Source of the DNA: an uncultured Acidobacteriota bacterium | GTDB lineage: Bacteria > Acidobacteriota > Terriglobia > UBA7540 | DNA length: 64,000 nt | Direction of reading: 5' to 3' | Assembly (NCBI GenBank): GCA_963804995.1 | Contig: CAWDSK010000001.1 | Coordinates: 288,001 to 352,000 of the forward strand | In this document: piece by piece, positions 53,581-63,938 of the stretch | How the letters are laid out: every line of letters starts with the position of its first letter | How positions within the stretch are numbered: position 1 is the stretch's first letter | Notes under the pieces: generated by a model | The model's database searches: none | What the model was told of the DNA's origin: nothing | What the model saw: the letters and a program-made list of their open reading frames with translations, nothing else | Made by a program: the position numbers and the translations under genes

Positions 53581-54159
53581 ATGAAGAAGCGTTCCCAATC
53601 CGCACCCAAGAAGCGTCGCAGCGTGCGAGGGCCAGCCGTACCCAGCGGGAAGGTTCGGGGCGTCATTAGCGAGACCGAAATCCGTCGGCGCGTGCGCGAG
53701 ATGGCCAAACAGATCAATCGGGACTACCAGGGAAAGACCCTTTACGCGGTGGGGGTCCTGGAGGATTGCTTCCTGTTTATGGCTGACTTGGTTCGGGCCC
53801 TAACGGTCCCGGTGGTTTGCTATTTCGTGCGTTCGCAAGTGCGCGATAGCGAGTCGGGATTGGTGGCCATGCGGGAGATCATGTACATCCCTCCCGTAGA
53901 CGCCACGGGCAAAGACATCCTGCTGGTAAACGGGATCCTGGATTCCGGGGTGACGCTCGATCATCTGTGCCGGTCCTTGTTGGTGCAACAGCCGGCCTCG
54001 CTGCGGACCGCCACGCTGCTCGACAAGGCGGAAGACCGAAAAGTGGATGTACCGCTCGATTACGTAGGTTTCAAAGTTTCGGGTAAATTCCTGGTTGGCT
54101 ACGGTCTGGGCTACGAGGGGCAGTATCGAAACCTGCCTTACCTTGCCCGGATAGTTTGA
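53581..54159 (+). CDS. hpt: Hypoxanthine phosphoribosyltransferase-like protein (degenerate PRPP motif)
   Basis: FMADLVRAL, ILLVNGILDSGVTL, LLDK, FLVGYGL; canonical tilS-hpt-ftsH position. Confidence 0.8.
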   Translation: MKKRSQSAPKKRRSVRGPAVPSGKVRGVISETEIRRRVREMAKQINRDYQGKTLYAVGVLEDCFLFMADLVRALTVPVVCYFVRSQVRDSESGLVAMREIMYIPPVDATGKDILLVNGILDSGVTLDHLCRSLLVQQPASLRTATLLDKAEDRKVDVPLDYVGFKVSGKFLVGYGLGYEGQYRNLPYLARIV

Positions 54160-54263
54160 GGAAGACGTCGCTATCCAGGTGGCCTTGGCGAGCATCTAAT
54201 TAGTGGGGGCAGGGCCCGAGGGGAAAACACCGGCATTGGGGTGGGGTTGGAGGAGGGCAGTCC

Positions 54264-56166
54264 GTGAACTCGGCAGTGAAGAATATAATCTTTTGGGTTG
54301 TGATGGCGGTCGCCGCGCTGCTGATCTGGGCGGTCGTGAAGTCGAATACCGGAGAAAGGGTCCGGGACCTTACCTACACAGAGTTCATGACCGAAGTGAA
54401 CAAGGACAATGTCCGCGATGTCACCATCGTAGGAACTGACGTCACGGGCACCTTCAAGAAAGATAGCTCCCACTTCAAGACTACAATTCCCTCCAATTAC
54501 CCCGATCTCTACAAGTCCCTCCAGGACAAGAACGTCAACGTCATCATCAAGGACAATTCCGGATCCACCTGGGTGACCTGGGTCGGCAATGGCTTGCCGC
54601 TGCTCCTCATTCTGGGATTGTGGATTTTCATCATGCGCCAGATGCAGTCCGGGGGGAACAAGGCGCTTTCCTTCGGCAAGAGCCGGGCCCGGCTGCTCTC
54701 GAGTCCAACAGAAGAAAGTCACCTTTAAAGACGTGGCCGGCGTGGAAGAAGCCAAGGAAGAATTGCAGGAAATCATTGAATTTCTTCGAGAGCCGCAGAA
54801 GTTCCAGAAGCTGGGCGGGCGCATTCCCAAAGGTGTGTTGCTGGTGGGCCCTCCGGGAACCGGCAAGACGCTGCTGGCGCGCGCCATCGCCGGCGAGGCC
54901 AACGTTCCGTTCTTCTCGATATCCGGTTCCGACTTCGTTGAGATGTTCGTGGGCGTGGGCGCCTCCCGTGTCCGCGACTTGTTTGAGCAGGGCAAGAAGA
55001 ACGCGCCCTGCATCATCTTCATCGATGAAATTGACGCCGTGGGCCGTCATCGCGGCGCCGGTCTGGGAGGCGGGCACGACGAGCGGGAGCAGACACTTAA
55101 CCAGTTGCTGGTGGAAATGGACGGGTTCGAATCAAACGAAGGCGTCATCCTGATTGCCGCTACCAACCGCCCCGACGTTCTGGACCCGGCGCTGCTGCGC
55201 CCTGGCCGCTTTGACCGTCGCGTGGTGGTTCCACGACCCGATGTGGGTGGGCGGGAAGCGATTTTGAAAGTCCATACCAAGAAGATCCCCTTGGCGGAGG
55301 ATGTTGACATCTCCGTTCTGGCGCGCGGCACGCCGGGCTTTTCGGGCGCCGACCTCGCCAACCTGGTGAACGAAGGGGCGTTGTTTGCGGCGCGGCAAAA
55401 TCGCAAGACCGTCATGATGATGGACTTCGAAACCTCCAAGGACAAAGTCCTGATGGGCGCCGAGCGCAAGTCCATGATCCTCTCCGAGGAGGAGAAGAAG
55501 AATACTGCCTACCACGAAGCCGGGCACGCGCTCGTCGCCTCCGTCGTTCCCTTCGCCGACCCCCTGCACAAGGTCACCATCATTCCGCGCGGCATGGCCC
55601 TGGGTGTCACCATGCAGTTGCCCCTTGACGACAAACACACCTACACGCGCGACTATCTTGAATCGCAACTCGCCATCATGATGGGAGGGCGCGCCGCCGA
55701 GGAGATTTTCCTGAACCACATCACCACCGGGGCGGGCAACGACATCGAACAAGCCACTGAGGTCGCCCGCCGCATGGTTTGCGAGTGGGGTATGTCGGAC
55801 CTGGGGCCCTTGGCATACGGCAAGAACCAGCAGGAAATCTTTCTGGGACGGGACCTTGCCACGCAGCGCGACTTCAGCGAGGACACGGCGATCAAGATCG
55901 ACCAGGAAGTGAAGAAATTCGTTACCGTTGCATACCAGCGGGCGCACGATGTCCTTACCACGAGTCGCGAAGCTTTGGTGCGCATTTCGGAAGCGTTGCT
56001 GGAGCGTGAGGTTCTGGACGCGAGTGAAGTGAAACTCCTGATCGACGGTAAGCCCTTGAAGGAATTTGTTCGGCGCGAAGCACCCCAACCTGAGACCACC
56101 CAGGTCCTTAAACCCCAACCGGCCCAGCCCGGCATGCCGCCCCGCGAGCGGCCCCAACCGGCGTAG
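54264..56166 (+). CDS. ftsH: ATP-dependent zinc metalloprotease FtsH (frameshift near 54700)
   Basis: Two TM segments, [26 protein letters not shown]. Confidence 0.96.
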
Positions 56167-56442
56167 GCGCTGGTCCGAAATCCAAGACCTGATGGAGCGG
56201 GCCGGGTGCATCATTCTGCGCGGCTGCGGCCCAGCAAATGCTCCACTCGCACCGTGATGATCGTTACGAAGATCGCACTCGCTGATCCCCAGGCAGTGTC
56301 CACAAACTCCATCTTCCGGTTCTGACCTGTCAAAAGAGGGCTGATACAATCCTCGCATTGCTTTTCCTGCGCATTTCCAACTCTGCCGAACTATACTTTT
56401 GGCTCTTCGGCTGACGGCAACCGCACACCCGGAAGGAGGCAC

Positions 56443-57159
56443 ATGAGTCCCTTTGTGGCAGAATTGGTTGGCACTGCGCTGCTGGTTTTGTTGGGTGATG
56501 GAGTGGTCGCGGCAGTTGTCCTGAACAAGAGCAAGGCACAGAACTCCGGTTGGATGGTCATCACCACGGGATGGGCATTGGCGGTAGCGATGGCCGTGTA
56601 CGCCGTGGGTCGTATTAGCGGAGCACACCTGAATCCGGCTATCACCCTGGGCCTTGCGGGGATTGGGAAGTTCCCCTGGAGCGCTGTGCCCCGCTACCTG
56701 GTAGCGCAATTCCTGGGAGCCTTCTTGGGCTCGGTCATCGTATGGCTCGCGTATTTGGCGCATTGGCCCGTGACGGACGACCCGAGTGCAAAGCTCGGAG
56801 TTTTTTCCACCGCGCCGGCCATCCGCCACCTGCCCATGAATCTGGTCACTGAAACTATCGCGACCTTCGTGCTGATGTTCGGAGTGCTCGCCATCCTCGC
56901 GAATGCCGGCCCCCTTCAAAGTGGGTTGTCACCCTTGCTGGTGGGATTTCTGGTGTGGTCGATCGGGCTTTCGCTCGGAGCACCCACGGGCTATGCCATG
57001 AATCCCGCGCGCGACCTGGGGCCGCGCCTCGCCCACGCCCTGCTGCCCATCCCCGGCAAGCGTGATTCCGATTGGGGCTACTCTTGGGTCCCCATCGCCG
57101 GCCCGGTCATCGGCGGCTTCCTTGGCGCAATTACCTATGCGGGTTTATTCGGGTTTTGA
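56443..57159 (+). CDS. glpF: MIP-family glycerol uptake facilitator
   Basis: SGAHLNPA and GYAMNPARDLGPR (aquaglyceroporin type). Confidence 0.9.
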   Translation: MSPFVAELVGTALLVLLGDGVVAAVVLNKSKAQNSGWMVITTGWALAVAMAVYAVGRISGAHLNPAITLGLAGIGKFPWSAVPRYLVAQFLGAFLGSVIVWLAYLAHWPVTDDPSAKLGVFSTAPAIRHLPMNLVTETIATFVLMFGVLAILANAGPLQSGLSPLLVGFLVWSIGLSLGAPTGYAMNPARDLGPRLAHALLPIPGKRDSDWGYSWVPIAGPVIGGFLGAITYAGLFGF

Positions 57160-57174
57160 TCTGTAACTGCGAAT

Positions 57175-58197
57175 ATGAAACGTCGCCGTGAATTTGAAAT
57201 TGAAATCGCTGGCCGTAGGATTCACCTGGGGCAACGCACGCTCATCCTGGGCGTGCTCAACGTCACTCCGGATTCCTTCTCGGACGGTGGTTTGTACCTT
57301 GACCCTGTCCGTGCCATCCAGCAAGGAGTGGAACTGGTTCGACAGGGAGCAGACTGGATTGATATGGGCGGCGAGTCCACGCGGCCCGGGTCACACCCTA
57401 TTACTGCCGAAGAAGAACTGCAACGCGTGCTGCCGGTCATCCGCGGGCTGCGGCGGAAGTTGCCGTCTGTCCCCATCTCCATCGACACCACCAAAGCCGA
57501 GGTTGCCGAGCAGGCTCTCCGCGCCGGGGCTGGGATTGTAAATGATGTAAGTGGATTACGCTTTGACCCGCGACTGGCTGAAGTGGTGCGGCGCTACCGA
57601 GCCCTTCTCATTCTGATGCACCTGCGCGGCCGCCCGGAAACCATGCAGCAGAAACCCTTCGCTCGTAACATCTGGCGATCGCTCCGGAGCGGCTTTGAGA
57701 CTTCCATCCGCCGAGCGCTTACCGCAGGAGTGCACCAATCGAAGATCATCCTTGACCCCGGTCTGGGCTTCGGCAAGTCACGACGGCAGAACTATGAAAT
57801 CCTTGCAGGGCTCGAAAGACTCCAGGCCTATCACCTTCCCATCCTCGTGGGCAGCTCGCGCAAATCCTTCGTGCAAGCGGTCGTGGCGGGCCAAGGGTTC
57901 GAATCTTCGCGCAGGAGGGGGGCCGCAGCGAGCCGTGCGCTCCTCGAAACCCTGCCTGGCGAGCAGAGGCCCATCACTACCTGGCCGATGGCGCCAGCTC
58001 ACCCCGCCAAATCGAGGGTAGCCCGCGACGCGCAATGGCAAAAGAATGTCGCCCTACTGATCGGCGATGCCGCGGCCGTGGTGGCAGCAATCCTGGGTGG
58101 CGCGCACATCGTGCGTGTTCATGAACCGGCTGCTGTCCTTCCTGCCGTACGTATTGCCGATGCCCTGCTTGCCATTCTCGCGGGTAGCGGGCTGTGA
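57175..58197 (+). CDS. folP: Dihydropteroate synthase (with C-terminal in-frame insertion)
   Basis: LNVTPDSFSDGG, GGESTRPG, SIDT, DPGLGFGK, SRKSF, IVRVH. Confidence 0.95.
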   Translation: MKRRREFEIEIAGRRIHLGQRTLILGVLNVTPDSFSDGGLYLDPVRAIQQGVELVRQGADWIDMGGESTRPGSHPITAEEELQRVLPVIRGLRRKLPSVPISIDTTKAEVAEQALRAGAGIVNDVSGLRFDPRLAEVVRRYRALLILMHLRGRPETMQQKPFARNIWRSLRSGFETSIRRALTAGVHQSKIILDPGLGFGKSRRQNYEILAGLERLQAYHLPILVGSSRKSFVQAVVAGQGFESSRRRGAAASRALLETLPGEQRPITTWPMAPAHPAKSRVARDAQWQKNVALLIGDAAAVVAAILGGAHIVRVHEPAAVLPAVRIADALLAILAGSGL

Positions 58198-58469
58198 ACA
58201 ACATTTCCGGAAAAATATTCGCCCTCGCATTTGAAATTGAATTGATGTATAGTCAAGTGCGGCTGGGTAACCAAGTAGACACCGCAGCTTGACGCACCAC
58301 CCTGGCATTGCCGAGTCCTGGAAGTTCCCCGCGAATCATTCGCCTCTGCGATGCGACAACTGCTAACTAGCCAAGCTAGTTTTCTATTTCAGTCGTAAAG
58401 GCGCCGTAGAATCGATCCAAACCCCGCTCAATTCGTACCGCCACCAACTGCCGTGGGCAGGAGACTCAC

Positions 58470-60116
58470 GTGAAGGGTTTGCGTATGATTCCCACTCTCA
58501 GTTCTCCGCATGAAACTGAGGCCGCGTTTCCGCCCCTCGGCAAGAAGATCAAGGCCTTGCTGGTCTGGCCGCGGATCCCCAACTCGTTCTGGACATTTAC
58601 AGGGATGTTGGAGCTGCTTCCGGAAAAGGCCGTCATGCCGCCCCTGGGGCTAATCACGTTGGCGGCCCTATGTCCGGACTCGTGGACCCTTAGGCTGATT
58701 GACCAATCCATCGAGGAGTTGACGGACGACGACATTCTCTGGGCTGACCTCGTCATGGTAGGCGCCATGAGTGTTCAGCAAGCGGGGCAGCACGAAGTTC
58801 TGGCCCGCGCCCGCCGATTGGGCCGCCGCACGATCGTGGGGGGGCCATACGCAAGCGGCGAACCGGCCCGCATGCTCGCCATCGCGGACCACGTAGTAGT
58901 GGGAGAACCCGATGAGGTGTTTCACGAGATCGCCCGGGATCTTGAGGAGGGCACGGCACGGCGCCTCTATGAAATCGCTGAGAAGCCGGACGTAACCAAG
59001 ACCCCGCTGCCCAGGTTCGAACTGCTGAAGCTACACAGTTATGCCTCCATGGCGATTCAATTCTCCCGGGGATGCCCATTTCAATGTGAATTCTGCGACA
59101 TCATTATTCTCTATGGGCGAAAACCTCGAACCAAGGATCCTAAGCAAGTCTTGGCGGAGTTGGACAAACTCCTGAGCCTGGGATGGAAGAAGCAGGTGTT
59201 CATTGTCGATGATAATTTCATCGGCAACCACAAGCACGCCCTCGGCCTCTGCGTTGAACTCAAGAAATGGCAGCAGGCGCGTGGCTTCCCCATGATGTTT
59301 TACACCGAGGCATCGATGGACTTGGCCCGGCAATCGGCCCTCATCGAAGCGATGGTGAAAGCAAACTTCCTCTACGTCTTCCTGGGCATTGAAAGCCCCT
59401 CGAAAGAGTCCCTGAAGGAAACCAAGAAGCTCCAGAACCTGGCGATGGATCCCATCAGTTGTGTGGAGCTCTTACATAAGAAAGGCCTGTGGGTGACCGG
59501 CGGCTTTATCGTGGGGTTCGATTCGGATACAGCAGATATTTTCGAGCAGCAGATTGAGTTCATTGAGCGCACCGCCATTCCCTGGGCTTTGCTGAATCCC
59601 CTGCATGCGATGCCGCGCACGGCCCTCTACGAACGCATGCAAAGGGAAGGACGGTTGCTCGAGTCACCGCACAGCAGCGGCGACGGTACACCTCCCAATT
59701 TCCGCACGACCCTGGACACCACGGTCCTGATGCGAGGAATTTGTAAGACAGTCACAGCGATTTACGAGCCGAAGAGGTTTTTCGAACGCGCCTTGCGGTC
59801 CATGGAAAGTTGGGAAACCACGAAGTCCCAACATCCCGCCCAGCAGCCGACGATGGGTGGGATTCTTCAAATCATGGCTCGCTCAATCTGGAGGCAGGGG
59901 CTCCGGTCCTCCTACCGAAAGGTTTATTGGAAATACCTTGCGAAGATCCTTACCCGTTATGCAACGAATCGCCCCAAGCTGTGGATGGCCGCTACCATCA
60001 TGATTTCCGGCCACCACTTTATTCCTTATGCCACCGAAGTGGTGGCGAAGATTGAACGGGAATCGCTGGGCAGCACGCCTGCGCAAGAGTTGATCGCCGT
60101 TCCAGCTGAAGACTAA
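58470..60116 (+). CDS. B12-binding radical SAM protein (DUF4070-type tail)
   Basis: MPPLGLITLAA, GGPYAS, SRGCPFQCEFCDI, VDDNFIGN, GFIVGFDSD. Confidence 0.88.
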   Translation: MKGLRMIPTLSSPHETEAAFPPLGKKIKALLVWPRIPNSFWTFTGMLELLPEKAVMPPLGLITLAALCPDSWTLRLIDQSIEELTDDDILWADLVMVGAMSVQQAGQHEVLARARRLGRRTIVGGPYASGEPARMLAIADHVVVGEPDEVFHEIARDLEEGTARRLYEIAEKPDVTKTPLPRFELLKLHSYASMAIQFSRGCPFQCEFCDIIILYGRKPRTKDPKQVLAELDKLLSLGWKKQVFIVDDNFIGNHKHALGLCVELKKWQQARGFPMMFYTEASMDLARQSALIEAMVKANFLYVFLGIESPSKESLKETKKLQNLAMDPISCVELLHKKGLWVTGGFIVGFDSDTADIFEQQIEFIERTAIPWALLNPLHAMPRTALYERMQREGRLLESPHSSGDGTPPNFRTTLDTTVLMRGICKTVTAIYEPKRFFERALRSMESWETTKSQHPAQQPTMGGILQIMARSIWRQGLRSSYRKVYWKYLAKILTRYATNRPKLWMAATIMISGHHFIPYATEVVAKIERESLGSTPAQELIAVPAED

Positions 60117-60468
60117 AGTCAGCCCAACTCATTTGCACGTCCCTTTAGGCGAGCTATTTGTCCCCGCCAGCCGCCCTCTCCTATTTCAGAGAATCGTCGC
60201 CACAAGTTGAAAGAACACCAGCACAAACCTCACAAGAATCGAGAGCGCGGGGCTGGCGAACTACGGTCCGCTTGATCGCTATGCCAATAGGGTTACACTC
60301 CTCATAACGGCGTTGAACATCGCGCGCCAAGGAGCTGAAGAACCAACCGGTGCGCCGACGAGAGCAAAAATTCGATTTACTTTATTGTCTTTTCGTTGCA
60401 CCCTAACGTCATTTCACAAAGTATTTTGTTCTGGTAGTTTGCGGAGCTTAGCCCGAAAGGAGTCACCC

Positions 60469-61257
60469 ATGCCGCGGGCCATTTCCAGCGGGAACGCCAT
60501 CGCTTACGACGATGTGGGGAAGGGCGAACCGGCATTATTCTTCCTGCCCGGCTGGTGTGCGAGTCGCACCGTTTTTGAGGACCTCATCCCCAATCTCTCG
60601 AAGCAACACCGTTGCCTGGCGCTCGACTGGCGGGGTCACGGGGAGTTGAGCCTGCCGCCTCTCGACTTTGATCAGCGCGCTCTGGTCGATGACGCCATGG
60701 CGGTGCTGGCGGCCAGCGGTGTACATACCGTAATTCCGGTGGCATTCTCGCACGCCGGCTGGGTGGCAATGGAAATGCGGCGCCGGCTGCGCATCAGGGT
60801 TCCCGTGTTGGTTCTTCTCGAGTGGTTGATTCTGGAACCGCCCGCGCCCTTTCTGGGTGCGCTCGAGGGCATGCAATCGCCGGAGCGATGGCGCGAGACC
60901 GTGGACCAGACCTTTTCGCTCTGGCTCGCGGGCACAGATAACCCGAGACTAACGCGCTTTGTGCGCGAAGGCATGGGCGCACACGCTTTCGAGATGTGGT
61001 CGCGGGCGGCGCGCGCCATCAGTTCCGCCTATGCCGAAGCCGGCAACCCACTGAAGGCGTTGTCACAGTTGGCCCCATCCCCGCCGGTTTTACACCTCTA
61101 TGCCACGCCGGAAGACCCAGAGTTCCTTGCCGCCCAACAAGCATTCGCTTCCCACTATCCTTGGTTCCGCGTGCAAAAGCTTCCAGGCCACAGCCACTTC
61201 CCCATGTTTGAATGCCCGGAGGCCATAGCCTCGGCCATCGAGCGATTTGTGTCTTGA
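60469..61257 (+). CDS. Alpha/beta-hydrolase-fold protein resembling Hod/Qdo/AqdC cofactor-independent dioxygenases
   Basis: LPGWC, DWRGHG, PVAFSHAGW, LLEWL, PERWRE, YPWF, HSHFP; AAGGAG RBS before ATG 60469. Confidence 0.8.
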   Translation: MPRAISSGNAIAYDDVGKGEPALFFLPGWCASRTVFEDLIPNLSKQHRCLALDWRGHGELSLPPLDFDQRALVDDAMAVLAASGVHTVIPVAFSHAGWVAMEMRRRLRIRVPVLVLLEWLILEPPAPFLGALEGMQSPERWRETVDQTFSLWLAGTDNPRLTRFVREGMGAHAFEMWSRAARAISSAYAEAGNPLKALSQLAPSPPVLHLYATPEDPEFLAAQQAFASHYPWFRVQKLPGHSHFPMFECPEAIASAIERFVS

Positions 61258-61474
61258 GAATGAACCCGGCGGGGCACTCCTGCACGAGACCTCTCGCTCG
61301 CGGCCTCACCCTGCCAGAATCTCTCTACTGACCGGGGTCTCAATACCTTGGTATAATGGCCGCCCACGTGGTGCCCGCTTGTCGATGGGCCGCTACGGAA
61401 GTGGCGGCGGCCTGTCTGATGACTTGCCGCGAATGATTGCCGATCAACCGAGGAAGGCAGAGTTAATCCCCGAA

Positions 61475-62106
61475 ATGACGACCAAGCTGTCACGACACGA
61501 TCTCGAACGGTTAGCCGCAGACACAATCCGCGCAGGAATTACCCTCCAGGAGGTGCTACTCGCGGACGAGGGTTTCGTCCGGTTGCTCGTCAACGTGGGT
61601 CAGGCCTTTGCCTCTGCCTTGCGCCGCGGCAACAAAATTCTACTGTTTGGGAACGGGGGTAGCGCCGCCGACGCCCAGCACATTGCCGCAGAGTTCGTGG
61701 GCCGATATCTCATGGAGCGCCGCCCCCTGCCGGCCATCGCTCTGACGACCGACACCTCCGCGCTCACGGCCATCGGCAACGATTACGCCTTTGAGGATGT
61801 TTTCTCACGGCCTATCGAGGCGCTAGGGAGAAAGGGAGACATCGCCGTCGGCTTCTCCACTAGCGGCAAATCCCCCAACGTCCTAAAGGCGATGGCGGTC
61901 GCGAAGAAAAAAGGGTTGCTGACCGTGGGGCTATGCGGCAAGCCTGGCAGCGCTCTGAGAAGCTTGCTGATTACTGCTTCTGTGTTCCCTCGGAAGCGAC
62001 GCCTCGCGTCCAGGAAGCCCATGCCCTTATCGGGCATATCCTCTGTGATTTTAGTGAGAAGCTACTCGCAGGCCACACCGTGAAAAGGAAACGCCAGAAC
62101 AAATAA
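61475..62106 (+). CDS. gmhA: D-sedoheptulose 7-phosphate isomerase (frameshift near 61955)
   Basis: GNGGSAADAQHIAAE, GNDY, STSGKS; alternative frame continues TPRVQEAHALIGHILC to TAA 62106. Confidence 0.9.
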
Positions 62107-62957
62107 TGCCTTCAACAAAACCACATGACGTGCAAAATCCCAAGGGAGTGTTAATCGAGCGGCTCCATCCCGGCACTTCGGCCCGGCGCGCCAAAGTTGT
62201 ACTCTTTGATTTTGACGGTACAATTTCGCTCATCCGGGCAGGTTGGGTCGATGTGATGGTTCCGATGATGGTCGAGATCCTCGCCGACCTCAACACCGGA
62301 GAGAGCGAGGCGGAGCTTTCAACGCTCATCGAGGAATTTGTCGCGCGACTGACCGGCGAGCAGACAATCTACCAGATGATGGAGCTGGCGCGCCAGGTGG
62401 AGGTGCGGGGCGGAAGGCCTCTCGAACCTCTCGCCTACAAGAAGATGTATCACGATCGCCTTATGAAAAAGATTGCGCACCGGCGTGAGGAACTCCGTTC
62501 CGGGGAGGCCGACACCGAGAAGTATCTTGTGCCGGGCACCCGCGCGCTGCTCGAGTCGCTGAAGGGGCGAGGGTTGAAGCTCTATTGCGCGAGCGGCACC
62601 GACGAGGTCTACACGTTGGAGGAGGCTGGATTGCTCCGGGTGCGGGATTATTTTGACGGCGGGGTCTACGGCGCGCAGGATGACTACCAGAACTTCTCCA
62701 AAGAGATATTGATTCAGAGAATCATTCAAAGATCGGAATGTGGCGGGGATGAGCTTCTGGGGTTCGGCGACGGTTACGTGGAGATCAAGAACGTCAAGGA
62801 CGCGGGCGGAGTGGCCGTGGGTGTGGCGACCGCCGAGCCCGAATGCCGCGTGGTGGATGAATGGAAACGCCAGCGGCTGGTGAAAGTCGGGGCAGATTTC
62901 ATCGTTCCGAATTTCCTCGCTCACGAACAGCTTCTCGAAGCATTATTCCCGGAGTAA
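62106..62957 (+). CDS. HAD-superfamily hydrolase
   Basis: LFDFDGTIS, ASGT, FGDG. Confidence 0.88.
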   Translation: MPSTKPHDVQNPKGVLIERLHPGTSARRAKVVLFDFDGTISLIRAGWVDVMVPMMVEILADLNTGESEAELSTLIEEFVARLTGEQTIYQMMELARQVEVRGGRPLEPLAYKKMYHDRLMKKIAHRREELRSGEADTEKYLVPGTRALLESLKGRGLKLYCASGTDEVYTLEEAGLLRVRDYFDGGVYGAQDDYQNFSKEILIQRIIQRSECGGDELLGFGDGYVEIKNVKDAGGVAVGVATAEPECRVVDEWKRQRLVKVGADFIVPNFLAHEQLLEALFPE

Positions 62958-62968
62958 ATGGTAAGCCT

Positions 62969-63937
62969 ATGAAATCCCAATATGAAATATTCGACCGCAC
63001 CCGGCTGCGGATCAAGCCTCTCGGTGAGCGCAAACACGACATGGACCTCGCGTATGTCCTGAGGCTGGACGAGCCGGCTCCGGAATACTCCCACCCTCAG
63101 TTGCGGGACGTCGCGGAGCGGATTGTTGCCGCAAAGAAGCGAGGCGCCGCGCGCATCCTGATGATGGGAGCGCACGTCATCAAGACCGGAGTGAGCCGCC
63201 ACGTGATTGACCTCCTCGAGCGTGGCGACCTGACCCACATTGCCATGAATGGCGCGGGAGCGATTCACGATTACGAACTGGCGCGAATCGGTGCTTCCAC
63301 GGAAAGCGTGGCCCGCTACATCCGCAGCGGTGAGTTTGGCCTCTGGCGCGAGACGGGCGAGTTGAACGACATTATCGGCGAGGCCGCGCGCCTCTCCTTG
63401 GGCCTGGGCGAAAACCTGGGGCGGTGGATCGAGGGCAGCAACTTCCCCCACAAGGATGTGAGTATTTTCGCGGCAGCTTACCGGCGATCCATTCCCGCGA
63501 CGGTGCATGTGGGCATCGGCTACGACATCATTCACGAGCATCCAAACTGCGACGGCTCGGCGCTGGGCGCAGCGAGCTATCACGACTTCCTGATTTTCAC
63601 GCGCACTGTGGAGAGCTTGGAAGGTGGCATCATGCTGAACTTCGGCTCCGCCATTATGGGCCCGGAGGTGTATCTGAAAGCTCTCGCCATGGTCCGGAAC
63701 GTGGCGCACCAGGAAGGTCGCGAAATCCGCCACTTCACGACCGCGGTGTTTGATCTCGTGCCGATTCAGGGCGACGTCCATCACGAACTGCCCAAGAGCG
63801 ATCCGGGGTACTACTTCCGCCCGCATAAGACGATCCTGGTGCGGACAGTGGCTGACGGTGGAGAGAGTTTTTACTTTTCAGGAGACCATCGGGCGACCTT
63901 TCCGGCTTTGCGGCGCGCCCTTCTGGAGCTGGACTAA
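62969..63937 (+). CDS. Conserved hypothetical protein, deoxyhypusine-synthase-like fold
   Basis: MMGAHVIK, AMNGAGAIHD, TVHVGIGYDIIH, GSAIMGPEVYLKAL. Confidence 0.7.
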   Translation: MKSQYEIFDRTRLRIKPLGERKHDMDLAYVLRLDEPAPEYSHPQLRDVAERIVAAKKRGAARILMMGAHVIKTGVSRHVIDLLERGDLTHIAMNGAGAIHDYELARIGASTESVARYIRSGEFGLWRETGELNDIIGEAARLSLGLGENLGRWIEGSNFPHKDVSIFAAAYRRSIPATVHVGIGYDIIHEHPNCDGSALGAASYHDFLIFTRTVESLEGGIMLNFGSAIMGPEVYLKALAMVRNVAHQEGREIRHFTTAVFDLVPIQGDVHHELPKSDPGYYFRPHKTILVRTVADGGESFYFSGDHRATFPALRRALLELD

Positions 63938-63938
63938 C

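Noticed and set aside
54690..54720. Programmed frameshifting in ftsH or other split genes
   Set aside because: No shared slippery motif or stimulator; sequencing error is more parsimonious.
55132..56919. 595-aa minus-strand ORF and similar long antisense ORFs (e.g. 19069-20337, 22350-23405)
   Set aside because: Shadows of ftsH/glpF, mutS and the kinase caused by codon bias.
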